A DNA stretch of 64,000 bases from an uncultured bacterium (GTDB taxonomy: Bacteria; CAZDME01; JAYEMH01), in contig CAZDKO010000001.1 of NCBI GenBank assembly GCA_964506075.1, forward strand, positions 25,637 to 89,636. The letters run 5' to 3'. Under the pieces are notes generated by a model. The model worked only from the letters and a program-made list of their open reading frames with translations, was not told where the DNA came from and searched no databases. Below are positions 27,261-36,257 of the stretch, piece after piece. The position numbers and the translations under genes were made by a program. Numbering within the stretch: the first letter of the stretch is position 1; each line of letters opens with the position of its first letter.

Positions 27261-27782
27261 TTATTCAAATTCAGATTTTTTCCCCAGAAGGATAATTTTT
27301 AAGAAGATTAAAAATCTGGCCATTATTAAAACGAGGGGTTTCCCGATAAAAAGTTTATTATTATCCAGTTTGACCTGTCCGGTTTGTATTAATCTGGAAA
27401 TCCTTCGTTCAATGATTTCCTTGGCGTTATAACGGCTTAAAATTTCATTTAAGGTTAGCCCGCCGGCAGATTCTTTTAATTCTCTTAAGATTCTCGTCCG
27501 CCGGGCGGTTTCACCCAGATTAATAAAATGGAAATAGCAGTATCCTAAAGCCGAATAGGCAATGAAATCCGCCAAGAAATTACCGGCCACGTCTTTTAAA
27601 GCCGTTTTTTCTCCGGTAATTTCAAGTAAAGATAAAGCCGATAAACCGGCAATAAATCCCCAAAATATAGATTTAAGGAGCCCTGATTGCGGACGAATCC
27701 TGTAATGTAAAATCTGGCTGATGACGTTTACCGCCAGGGCAATTAAAGGGATAGAAACGTTTAAACAATCTTTCCAGGTCAA
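27261..27782 (-). CDS. Small membrane protein with a winged-helix-like core; paralog of 27785-28306
   Basis: N-terminal TM helices, then TRILRELKESAGGLTLNEILSRYNAKEIIERRISRLIQTGQVKLDNNKLF, then a C-terminal TM helix. Confidence 0.35.
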   Translation of the reverse strand: MTWKDCLNVSIPLIALAVNVISQILHYRIRPQSGLLKSIFWGFIAGLSALSLLEITGEKTALKDVAGNFLADFIAYSALGYCYFHFINLGETARRTRILRELKESAGGLTLNEILSRYNAKEIIERRISRLIQTGQVKLDNNKLFIGKPLVLIMARFLIFLKIILLGKKSEFE

Positions 27783-27784
27783 AT

Positions 27785-28306
27785 TCAGCCGCCTTTAGGA
27801 GCGTTTAATAGGTTTCGAAAAACAATGAATATCCCGGCTATAAAACTTCCCGCGGGATTCAATTTATATTTCTCCCCCTCTTTATACGCCAGTCCGTCGT
27901 TTACTAAATTGTTTATCCGCGGTTTAACCAGATATTCGTCATTCAGAAGGTTATACAGTTTATCTCTTTCCAGTCCACCGGGATGGGTTTTAGCGATATT
28001 TAAGACCATAATTAAAGAAGGACTGTCTACTTCCACCGCAGAATATGTGGTGATATAGGCGAGAGTCAGAGAAATATATAGAAGAGAAAGTTTTAAGAAA
28101 TCAGGCAAGCTCTGAGGCGGAGTAATGCCGCCCAAGGCCAGGGATGGATTTATTTTTAATATAAATAGACTGACAGCCAATACACCCAGAAAAATCTCCA
28201 GGAGAATGACGACGTGTTTTTTCCCGGGGAGGTGCACCCGCCAGATAATAAGGTGGAGCAAAAAAGATATTATGAATATTAAAATTCCGTAAAGGAGGAT
28301 ACTCAT
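27785..28306 (-). CDS. Small membrane protein with a winged-helix-like core; paralog of 27261-27782
   Basis: N-terminal TM helices, then IMVLNIAKTHPGGLERDKLYNLLNDEYLVKPRINNLVNDGLAYKEGEKYKL, then a C-terminal TM helix. It aligns position-for-position with the neighbouring paralog. Confidence 0.35.
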   Translation of the reverse strand: MSILLYGILIFIISFLLHLIIWRVHLPGKKHVVILLEIFLGVLAVSLFILKINPSLALGGITPPQSLPDFLKLSLLYISLTLAYITTYSAVEVDSPSLIMVLNIAKTHPGGLERDKLYNLLNDEYLVKPRINNLVNDGLAYKEGEKYKLNPAGSFIAGIFIVFRNLLNAPKGG

Positions 28307-28340
28307 CGTGATTCTTTCCCGGATAAATTTTTAAATAAAT

Positions 28341-29444
28341 TTAGATAAAATTAATGTGTTCCGGCGGAGGCCCCTCGGGCTTTTCCAGCTTAACCCGCCC
28401 GGCTTTTAAATCAGAAAGAAATTCGTTAACTTTATGCTGGAGGCATAAAGTGCCGCACATGGTTCTGGCGTCAAATTTATCGGAAGAGAGAAGCCGTAAA
28501 ACTTCCCAGTAACGTTCACTTTTCCAGATTTCCTTAAATGATTTTTCGGCGATATTACCGATATGATATTTGGAATATCCAGTGTTAAAAAGCATACCGC
28601 AAGGAGCGACTAAACCCGAACCGGAAAACTGCATGATAAAAGCCGGGCCGTAACAGCGGATATATTTACGTTTTCCCTCACTCATGATTTTAGACCATTT
28701 AACCGCGACCTGATATTTATCCGTTGAATGCTTCTCGGCCTCCTTTAAAATATCGACACATTCTGAATATTGAGAATAGTTTACCCCCAGACTTCCTTTC
28801 TCATCGTCACTGCAATGTTTAAAAATTACGTAGTCAACCCCCATTTCTTTACCCAGTTTTGTCAGAGGGATAACCTGATCAGAGAAGGCCGGGAGAAAAA
28901 CCATCTGCAGCCCGATAGTGACTTTTAAGTTCTTCTCCTTTTTAATCTTTACGCATTCGCGGATAATCCGGCAGACCTTATGATAACATTCTTCGGTGCA
29001 GCCGTGAATCTGGGCGTATCTCTTCGGTTCGGCGGCGGAAATATTAAAGCGGATATAAGTTAAAGCCGGCAGAATTTCTTCTAAACGCTCAAGGTTAAGT
29101 AAATATCCGTTAGTGCCGAGAGCCATATCCAGACCGTTAGCTTTCCCGCGGCGGATGGCTTCATAGATATGAGGGGAACAGGTGCTTTCGCCGTCGCTGA
29201 CAAAGCTTACCGCTTTAACCCCTATTTCGGCGGCATCGTCAAGAAACCTGAAGATAACGTCTCTGGTCATTTTTTTCTCGTCGTTTGCCTGTAGCTGCCC
29301 GTAGCAGTAAATGCAGCGGTAGGTGCATCTTCTGGTTAAAGAACAGTCAATGGTGATAGGCGCAATTCTTTCACCCTTAAGCCACGCTTCAAGCCGGTCT
29401 TTATGCCAGAGTAATTTATGACTGTCAAGAATCAGTTTTGCCAT
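28341..29444 (-). CDS. Radical SAM protein (paralog of 32271-33338)
   Basis: CSLTRRCTYRCIYC has a CX3CX2C motif. It is preceded by the conserved N-motif DSHKLLWHKDRLEAWLKG and ends in a Cys-containing tail. Confidence 0.6.
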   Translation of the reverse strand: MAKLILDSHKLLWHKDRLEAWLKGERIAPITIDCSLTRRCTYRCIYCYGQLQANDEKKMTRDVIFRFLDDAAEIGVKAVSFVSDGESTCSPHIYEAIRRGKANGLDMALGTNGYLLNLERLEEILPALTYIRFNISAAEPKRYAQIHGCTEECYHKVCRIIRECVKIKKEKNLKVTIGLQMVFLPAFSDQVIPLTKLGKEMGVDYVIFKHCSDDEKGSLGVNYSQYSECVDILKEAEKHSTDKYQVAVKWSKIMSEGKRKYIRCYGPAFIMQFSGSGLVAPCGMLFNTGYSKYHIGNIAEKSFKEIWKSERYWEVLRLLSSDKFDARTMCGTLCLQHKVNEFLSDLKAGRVKLEKPEGPPPEHINFI

Positions 29445-29458
29445 ATTGTATTTTGTAT

Positions 29459-30238
29459 TTAATCTTTTGGATTTTCTCTTCTTAGCGCTGTTAGTGAATC
29501 TTTGGAATAGACGGTTTTCTTTTCTCTTCTGGTTTTAAAATAAAAATCCCTGACTAATTTAAAATAACCTTTGATAACCTTAAGGAGAGAAGGGAAGGTA
29601 ACGGCTTTAGAAACGCCTGATTTTCTCAAGCCCAGCTTATAGGGAACCTCAGCAAAAAGATATCCTTTTTTGACTGACCGGATCAGGATATCGGTTTGAA
29701 AAAAGAAACTGTCCGAATGCCAGTTTAATTCTTCCAGGATTGACTTTCGGTAAAGGACCGTGCCGTTGGTGTAATTGAAATTGACTAAAAAAGTAGTGTT
29801 GATGATAAAACGATAGATAAAAGAAAGGATGTTTCTAAATGATGTTCTGGCTTCTCTGTTAAAAATGAAAGGAATAACGATGTCTACCTGTTCAAGAAGC
29901 TTATAATAACGAAGGGTTTCTTTCGGGTCATTTTCATTATCTCCCGGAAGCATAACGATGCTATCTCCCTTTGAATAATCAACCCCCTCCCAGAAAGAGG
30001 CGCCTATCCCCTTTGGCTTATCGTGTTTAATGACGTAAATCCGGGCCGGATTTTCTTTTATTTTCTCTTCAACCAGCTCTTGAGTCCGGTCGGTACTCCC
30101 GTCATTAATAACAACGATTTCGCCGTTTATATTAAAAAAATCAAGAGCTTCCAGTGTTTCGGTAATGGCCGCAGAAATATTTTTTTCTTCATTCAGAGCC
30201 GGCATAATTATGCTTAATTTGTTTTTATCTTTTTCCAT
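29459..30238 (-). CDS. GT2-family glycosyltransferase, polyprenyl-phosphate sugar synthase-like (DPM1/ArnC/GtrB-like)
   Basis: LSIIMPALNEEKNI..EIVVINDGSTDRT..VMLPGDNE are GT-A N-terminal motifs. Length is 259 aa. Confidence 0.6.
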   Translation of the reverse strand: MEKDKNKLSIIMPALNEEKNISAAITETLEALDFFNINGEIVVINDGSTDRTQELVEEKIKENPARIYVIKHDKPKGIGASFWEGVDYSKGDSIVMLPGDNENDPKETLRYYKLLEQVDIVIPFIFNREARTSFRNILSFIYRFIINTTFLVNFNYTNGTVLYRKSILEELNWHSDSFFFQTDILIRSVKKGYLFAEVPYKLGLRKSGVSKAVTFPSLLKVIKGYFKLVRDFYFKTRREKKTVYSKDSLTALRRENPKD

Positions 30239-31272
30239 AATGTTCTCTTCACGGCTTTTATAATGTCTTTTGAATCTTTATAAAAGGCCTTTTCTAATTC
30301 GTAACTGCCGGGTGTGGGGGTATCCGGCAGGGCGACAATTTCAACCGCTGATTTTAGATACGGTTTTATTTTATTGTGGAGGCGTCCCAGAATAATTTCG
30401 GCGGCACCGCCTTTTTGCCAGCCCGGGTCAGCCATAACCAGCCGGCCGGTTTTTTTGACCGAATCAATAATTATCTTTTCATCCAGAGGATTAAGAGACC
30501 GGGGGTCAATAATTTCCATGCTAATACCGTCCCGGTTTAATTTTTCCGAGGCTTTAATGGCTTCGGCAACCATCAGGGATATGGCCAGAACCGTAACGTC
30601 TTTTCCGGTTTTTCTGATTAAACCCTTTCCAAGGGGAATTAAATACTCTCTTTCAGGCACATATCCTTTGATATCATAGAGCCAGCGGTGTTCAATAAAC
30701 ACCACCGGGTTATTATCGGCAATACTGGAAAGTAAAAGTCCCTTGGCGTCATAAGCTGAAGACGGTATCACCACTTTAACACCGGGCATATGAATAAATA
30801 AGGCGTGCAGGGCCTGAGAATGCTGGGCGGCTGAACCCCAACCCCGGCCGATAATGGCCCGGATAACCAGAGGAACGCAGGATTTACCACCGGACATATA
30901 AGAGATTTTCGCCGCGTGGTTAAGTATCTGGTCAAAAGATAGGAGTAAGAAATCCACTCTCATATGGACTAAGACCGGTCTCATCCCGGTTAAAGCCGCG
31001 CCGACGGCAAATCCGGTGAGGGCGTTCTCGGCTATGGGCGTATCAAAAACTTTATTTCCGAATTCCCGGTGAAGGTTAAGGGTTGAGCCAAAGATACCGC
31101 CCGGGTCGTCAATTCCTTCTCCCATTATAAAGACGCCGGGGTCTCTTTTAAGAGCCTGAAGGAGCGCTTCTCTTAAGGCTTCCCTATAGCTTAAGAGTCT
31201 TTTATTCTTAATGTTTTTTTCAGACGGTAAATATTTAACGGCTTTATCTACGGCTACCTTGGTCCAGGGCAT
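30214..31272 (-). CDS. ThDP-dependent 2-oxoacid dehydrogenase E1 component, beta subunit-like
   Basis: LSYREALREALLQALKRDPGVFIMGEGIDDPGGIFGSTLNLHREFGNKVFDTPIAENALTGFAVGAALTGMRPV is the typical E1-beta / transketolase C-terminal pyrimidine-binding fold. Confidence 0.7.
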   Translation of the reverse strand: MPWTKVAVDKAVKYLPSEKNIKNKRLLSYREALREALLQALKRDPGVFIMGEGIDDPGGIFGSTLNLHREFGNKVFDTPIAENALTGFAVGAALTGMRPVLVHMRVDFLLLSFDQILNHAAKISYMSGGKSCVPLVIRAIIGRGWGSAAQHSQALHALFIHMPGVKVVIPSSAYDAKGLLLSSIADNNPVVFIEHRWLYDIKGYVPEREYLIPLGKGLIRKTGKDVTVLAISLMVAEAIKASEKLNRDGISMEIIDPRSLNPLDEKIIIDSVKKTGRLVMADPGWQKGGAAEIILGRLHNKIKPYLKSAVEIVALPDTPTPGSYELEKAFYKDSKDIIKAVKRTLWKKIKTN

Positions 31273-32261
31273 TATATTTTCTCCCGGTAAACGTCTTTGT
31301 AGAGTTCTTTCCTCTCCGGGAAAGAACTCTTTTGGGCAAAGTTTTCAGCTTCTCTTATTTCTTTGGTAATTTGCAAACGGAGATTTTTAATTTTTTCTTT
31401 ATTTAGCCTTCCGGTTTCCAAAAGATATTCTTCTAATTTTTGGACCGGACATTTTTTTATCCAGTGTTCAAGCTCGCCCTTCGGCCGGCAGCCTTTTTCA
31501 AAATCACAGTCCGGACCGACGTGACCTTTCCAGCGGTAAGTCCGGCATTCAAGAAGAAAGGGGCCTCCTTCTTCTCTAATTTTTTTAATGAGGTCGCCGG
31601 CAATTCCCATTATTTCTAAGGCGTTATTTCCATCGCAGCGGAAACCTTTAATACCGAAGATTTCCCCTTTTTGAAAGATGTTGTCTTTTGACTGTCTCAC
31701 CCGCTGAGGCGAGTTGGTGGCGTAGAAGTTATTTTCGCAGACGAATAACACCGCCAGTTTCTTCAAGGCGGCAAAATTGAGGCTTTCGTAGAAGACCCCC
31801 TGGTCCACGGCTCCATCCCCGAAAAAAGTAACGGCGATGTTTTTGCTTTTTTGGAATTTAAGGCTTAAAGCGGCGCCTACGGCCAGAGGTATGTCGCCGC
31901 CGACGATAGCCGAGGTGGCAAAAATCCCGTAAGCCGGGTCTGACAGATGCATGGAGCCACCTTTGCCTTTACAGCAGCCCGTCTCTTTTCCATAAAGTTC
32001 AGCCATAATAGAGGAAAGACTCATGCCTTTGGCAATACAATGGCCGTGACAGCGATGATTGGTAAAGAGATAATCTTCTTTTTTTAAATAGTGAATAACT
32101 CCGGCAGCGATAGCTTCCTCGCCGATATATAAATGGACCGGCGTTTTCATTTCCTGTTCGGGATATAGCTCAATTATCCTTTCTTCAAACAGGCGGATTT
32201 TAAGCATCACGGTATAGACCCGGAGTAAATCATTAATTGAGATTTGCGTTTTTATTATCAT
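31272..32261 (-). CDS. ThDP-dependent 2-oxoacid dehydrogenase E1 component, alpha subunit-like
   Basis: The ThDP-binding motif is FFGDGAVDQGVFYESLNFAALKKLAVLFVCENNFYA (GDG..NN). HLYIGEEAIAAG is near the N-terminus. There is a 1-nt overlap with the beta gene. Confidence 0.7.
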   Translation of the reverse strand: MIIKTQISINDLLRVYTVMLKIRLFEERIIELYPEQEMKTPVHLYIGEEAIAAGVIHYLKKEDYLFTNHRCHGHCIAKGMSLSSIMAELYGKETGCCKGKGGSMHLSDPAYGIFATSAIVGGDIPLAVGAALSLKFQKSKNIAVTFFGDGAVDQGVFYESLNFAALKKLAVLFVCENNFYATNSPQRVRQSKDNIFQKGEIFGIKGFRCDGNNALEIMGIAGDLIKKIREEGGPFLLECRTYRWKGHVGPDCDFEKGCRPKGELEHWIKKCPVQKLEEYLLETGRLNKEKIKNLRLQITKEIREAENFAQKSSFPERKELYKDVYREKI

Positions 32262-32270
32262 AATTTACAA

Positions 32271-33338
32271 TTAAATAAAATTAACGTGTGGACCGGGATG
32301 TTCCAGCTCCCAGAGATAGCTGTTTATTTTATCCAGTCGGCAAACCTCCCGGCATTTAGTTGTATCTAATTTCCGGGCGGCTCTTTTTAAAATGTCTTTC
32401 CGGCGTTTACTTTCCATTATGGTTTTAAAGCTATGCTGATAAATGTTGCCGTAACAAAATTCTTTTTTCCCGAGAAAAGCACTGCAGGCGTAAATGTCGC
32501 CTCCGGCGGTGATATATGTCCAGAAAGGTAAACCCAGGCAATGTTTATAGTCACGGCCGGAACTTAATCTTCTTATAGTTTCGCTTCTAAAAATAATTTT
32601 AAATTTATTGTTCTGTATGTTCTCTAATTTTTTGCTCAGGTAGGTATAATTTTCGTATTTAAATGCCGGATTGATATGCGACCGGCTTAGAGGATGTTGT
32701 GAGTATGGCTTTATAGTTAAATAGTCCACACCGATATTTTTTAACAATTGAGCCAGGATGCATACCTCTTTTACGTTTTCGGGAATGAGTAATAACTGTA
32801 CGCCGATTACTGTTTTCAATTTATTTTTATTTTTGATTTTAACGGCATCCTCAAGATTTTTCAGGACCTTATTAAAATCCTCTTTTAGGGTTCGGTGGAC
32901 CAGGGCGTAAGTTTTATCTTTCCCCGCATTTAAACTGATTCTTATCCAGCTGAGGAAATCCAGCATCTCTTTTGCTTTATCTTCGGTAAAGAGAACACCG
33001 TTAGTAGTTATTGAAACATCAATTCCGGAATTTTTTGTATAGCGGACAATTTCAGAGATATCTTTATGAAGCAGGGGTTCTCCTTCACCGGCGTACATAA
33101 CACTTTTAACGCCTGAGTTAGAAGCTTGCTTTAAGGTGTTTTTTAAAACATTTAAGTCCAGGAATACCGGCTTATATTTCAGATAGTCAAGAGCGCAGAA
33201 GATACACCGGTGGTTGCAACCTCCCGAAGGGGTAATTTCCATATAAAGAGGATAGATGGTTTTACCCTTCAGCCAGTCGCTTACTCTTTCGGGGTGAAAC
33301 ATCAGTTTATGGCTATCTATTCTAAAGTTATCCTGCAT
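32271..33338 (-). CDS. Radical SAM protein (paralog of 28341-29444)
   Basis: GGCNHRCIFC has a CX3CX2C motif. It is preceded by DSHKLMFHPERVSDWLKGKTIYPLYMEITP. Confidence 0.6.
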   Translation of the reverse strand: MQDNFRIDSHKLMFHPERVSDWLKGKTIYPLYMEITPSGGCNHRCIFCALDYLKYKPVFLDLNVLKNTLKQASNSGVKSVMYAGEGEPLLHKDISEIVRYTKNSGIDVSITTNGVLFTEDKAKEMLDFLSWIRISLNAGKDKTYALVHRTLKEDFNKVLKNLEDAVKIKNKNKLKTVIGVQLLLIPENVKEVCILAQLLKNIGVDYLTIKPYSQHPLSRSHINPAFKYENYTYLSKKLENIQNNKFKIIFRSETIRRLSSGRDYKHCLGLPFWTYITAGGDIYACSAFLGKKEFCYGNIYQHSFKTIMESKRRKDILKRAARKLDTTKCREVCRLDKINSYLWELEHPGPHVNFI

Positions 33339-33340
33339 GG

Positions 33341-34282
33341 CTATTTCTCTTTCAATAATAAGTTTGCAATTTCGTTTTTGATTTTTTCCGGTTTAATAAA
33401 TTCCATACAATTTATTTTCTGGATGCATTTAGAATCATGACAGGGAATACATTTATAAGAAGTTTCAGGTAAAATTTTAACCCCTCTCCCGTATAGAAAG
33501 ACTTCTTTGGAAGAGGTGGGTCCAAAAAGAGCGATAATCTTTTTCTTTAAGGCAATGGCTAAATGCATTCCTAAACTGTCATTGGTAACAATTAACCGGC
33601 AGGAGTTAATCCAGTTGATATATTCATGGAGCTCGTTTAAGCCCTTCTGCCATGATATTTTATATCTCTTTTTTAAAAGACTTTCCAGCTTATTCCAGTG
33701 TTTTTCGGGCCAGCTCTTATTCGGCCATTTATTGCCGGCAATCCAGTTAAACCCAACGTCATATTTTACCAGAGAAGCCGGATTATAGCCAAGAATATAT
33801 TCTTTTTTTTCAGTCCACTTTTCTCCGACCATTGAAGCCAGGGCATCCTGCCAGAATTTTAAATTTTCTTTCTTTTTTTCTAAATCAAGACAGAGACTTA
33901 AAACCTTTTCCGCTCCGTCATAAGCCTGCGCCACGCCGCGGTTAACGTCAAATCTGAACCCGAATCTTCTCCAGGCATTAATGGAATCAGAAAAAGCACA
34001 GATGCCGGGGCCCTTTTCCAGATTAATGACCGTATCAAAACGTTCCCGCTGAAGCTGTAGAACCGATTCAAGGTTAAAAATTAATATCCGGTTGATAAAA
34101 GGGTTATTTTCCAGGAGCGGATAAGCTTTTTCGTCAACCAACCAGGTAACATCATCGTCTTTTAAATAGTTTAAAATTACCGTGGTTCTTAATACGTCCC
34201 CGAGGCTGGTGGTAGTGCTTATTTCCTTATCCAGTGTTTCCGAATATCCCAATTTGATGATTAAAACTTTTTTTGCCGTCAT
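33341..34282 (-). CDS. GT9-family glycosyltransferase (heptosyltransferase-like)
   Basis: ..LIVTNDSLGMHLAIALKKKIIALFGPTS.. is the GT9 C-terminal signature. Length is 313 aa. Confidence 0.6.
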   Translation of the reverse strand: MTAKKVLIIKLGYSETLDKEISTTTSLGDVLRTTVILNYLKDDDVTWLVDEKAYPLLENNPFINRILIFNLESVLQLQRERFDTVINLEKGPGICAFSDSINAWRRFGFRFDVNRGVAQAYDGAEKVLSLCLDLEKKKENLKFWQDALASMVGEKWTEKKEYILGYNPASLVKYDVGFNWIAGNKWPNKSWPEKHWNKLESLLKKRYKISWQKGLNELHEYINWINSCRLIVTNDSLGMHLAIALKKKIIALFGPTSSKEVFLYGRGVKILPETSYKCIPCHDSKCIQKINCMEFIKPEKIKNEIANLLLKEK

Positions 34283-34319
34283 AACGCCTCCACTAAAAGT
34301 TTAATTTTAAATAGTTTTA

Positions 34320-36257
34320 TTAATTAATCCAGAGTGTTCCTAAATTTATCTCTCCGGAGGGGTCGTTTTCATTACCTCTGGAGGAGACGGGTAAAATTTC
34401 TTTATTGGCTAAATTAAAGACCGTGGCTTTAACTTGATAGCTTTCCGGTTTTACCCACGAAGGGATTAACAGGAAATGGTGCTCTTTAACGATTTTCTCC
34501 TCAGGCCAGGTATCGGGCTGGTATGTTCGGTAACCTAAAACATGGTATTTATTAAACGGGGTATCTTTAGAATCAAATCGGATAAAAAGACCTAATTCTT
34601 TCGGTGTTTCTCCTGTTCGTTTCCAATAATAGATAAAGTGCATAATCTTCAGATTGCTTTTATTTTCCTGAATAATGTCATACCCCAGAAAGATTAACCG
34701 GTTATCTATGTTGACGTTACTGAGATTTTTTATTTCCGAAGCCCGTACAAACTCGCATAGATCATGCCCTTCTCTATAGTTCTTCTTGAATAAGACAATG
34801 TCGTCAACCGCTTCCAGAACCTTCCAGTTACCATTTTTTAGAAAATTCTCTATGTTAGCCGGGGCCTGAGGCGGGAAAAAGGAACTAATCAACAGGGGTT
34901 CATTAAAATCTATTAAGGCGTATTCTAAATTGTCCGGCGGATTATATTTCACCTGAGTGTGCATTTGGACCCCGGTGGCCACAAAATGCATTGAGTAAAG
35001 ATTATGCCGATGGGCTAATTTCGGTAAAAACTGAAAGGTGGCTATAACTGAAGCATCTTCGGGAATCATTTTGAGTATCTGATTTTTAGCTTCTACCAGG
35101 GTATCAATTTTACAGTTATTTATATACTTCATAAAATAAAATTGCGGGGCTCTTAAATAAAAACCGGCGGCAATTGAAACGATTACAAATCCGGAAAGCA
35201 GTTTATAACGGTAATTGTAAATTTCTCTATAAGCCAATAATTTTTTAAAAGCAAATATAACCGAAGAAAATATAAAAGGGATAAGAAAAGCGACGTATTG
35301 ATAGTGAATGTCAGCGTGAGTGCCTGCCGTTGATAAAAGGTTTTGGGCGAAAACCGGTAAAGTCATTAATAATATCCCGGGACTCAATAATCCGATAAAA
35401 GAGACGGGAACAAACAATTGATATAGATATAGAATTTTCCTGGGGGTAAAAATGAATTTGAAGATATATAGAGGATGGGTGAGGACATTCCATAGTATCT
35501 CCCCCCAGCTTCTGCCTAAATGTTTGTAAAATATACTGAAAATAAAGCCTTCCTGATATAATTTGGCCGCCTTAGCAAAGTAAGGAATAATGAATTTTAA
35601 TGACAGGATAAACCAGGCAACCCCTAAAAGAAAAGGCGTTAAAATCCATTTTTTAGACCTTTTTCTTAAAAGAGCGTATAATCCGAACATCGTCACGACT
35701 AAGCTGACATTTTCTTTGCAGGATAAAGCTAACAAAATAAAAACCATGAATTTGCCGAACTTTTCCTTATGGAAGTAATATATGGCAAAAGCAAGAAAAA
35801 ATACCGTAAAAGAGTCAAAATGGGTTTCAAAGAGATTAACAAAACCCAAAGGGGGATACATTAAATACACCAGCCCGATGATTAAAGCGAAGGTTTTATT
35901 GATTTCTGATTTCCCCAATAAATACAAAGGATACGCCGCCAGGCCCAAAAAAAGACTTTGTAAAAATAAGATGGTTACGGGATGCTGAAAAAGAGCGTAG
36001 ACAGGCAGAATCAAAAGAACAATTAGATAAAAATGTGCTCCAAAAATTGATTCTTCCAGAAAGGGAAAATAGAGAAATTTACCATGCAAACTATTCCAGT
36101 AGACAATAATGTCACTGGCAAAGTCTATATCGTAATAATTAAAAGAATGATATTTCAGGAAGCAGATATAACTGAAAAGAAAAATATAGATGAATATCAA
36201 AATCCATATGGCTTTATCAGAAAATTTATCGAAAAATTTATTGATTGGTTTTCTCAT
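34320..36257 (-). CDS. Large polytopic membrane protein, GT-C-like (DUF2079-like layout)
   Basis: About 12 TM helices in the first roughly 400 aa, then a roughly 240-aa soluble C-terminal domain. Confidence 0.35.
   Translation of the reverse strand: MRKPINKFFDKFSDKAIWILIFIYIFLFSYICFLKYHSFNYYDIDFASDIIVYWNSLHGKFLYFPFLEESIFGAHFYLIVLLILPVYALFQHPVTILFLQSLFLGLAAYPLYLLGKSEINKTFALIIGLVYLMYPPLGFVNLFETHFDSFTVFFLAFAIYYFHKEKFGKFMVFILLALSCKENVSLVVTMFGLYALLRKRSKKWILTPFLLGVAWFILSLKFIIPYFAKAAKLYQEGFIFSIFYKHLGRSWGEILWNVLTHPLYIFKFIFTPRKILYLYQLFVPVSFIGLLSPGILLMTLPVFAQNLLSTAGTHADIHYQYVAFLIPFIFSSVIFAFKKLLAYREIYNYRYKLLSGFVIVSIAAGFYLRAPQFYFMKYINNCKIDTLVEAKNQILKMIPEDASVIATFQFLPKLAHRHNLYSMHFVATGVQMHTQVKYNPPDNLEYALIDFNEPLLISSFFPPQAPANIENFLKNGNWKVLEAVDDIVLFKKNYREGHDLCEFVRASEIKNLSNVNIDNRLIFLGYDIIQENKSNLKIMHFIYYWKRTGETPKELGLFIRFDSKDTPFNKYHVLGYRTYQPDTWPEEKIVKEHHFLLIPSWVKPESYQVKATVFNLANKEILPVSSRGNENDPSGEINLGTLWIN

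Noticed and set aside
27261-28306. Exosortase for the PEP-CTERM proteins
   Set aside because: The two membrane proteins are only 173 aa with 3-4 TM helices and lack the 8-TM core and the conserved Cys/Arg/Asn catalytic residues expected of exosortase.
26356-29444. Radical SAM/SPASM enzymes acting as an anaerobic sulfatase-maturating enzyme for the sulfatase-like domain at 44986-47709
   Set aside because: The sulfatase-like domain has Thr, not Cys or Ser, at the formylglycine position, and its Arg is replaced by Leu. The radical SAM genes are also 15 kb away inside a glycosyltransferase cluster.
26356-29444. RiPP biosynthetic cluster (radical SAM/SPASM plus small ORFs)
   Set aside because: No short precursor-peptide ORF with a leader/core organisation was found nearby. 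The neighbours are glycosyltransferases and ThDP enzymes, which fits glycan chemistry better.
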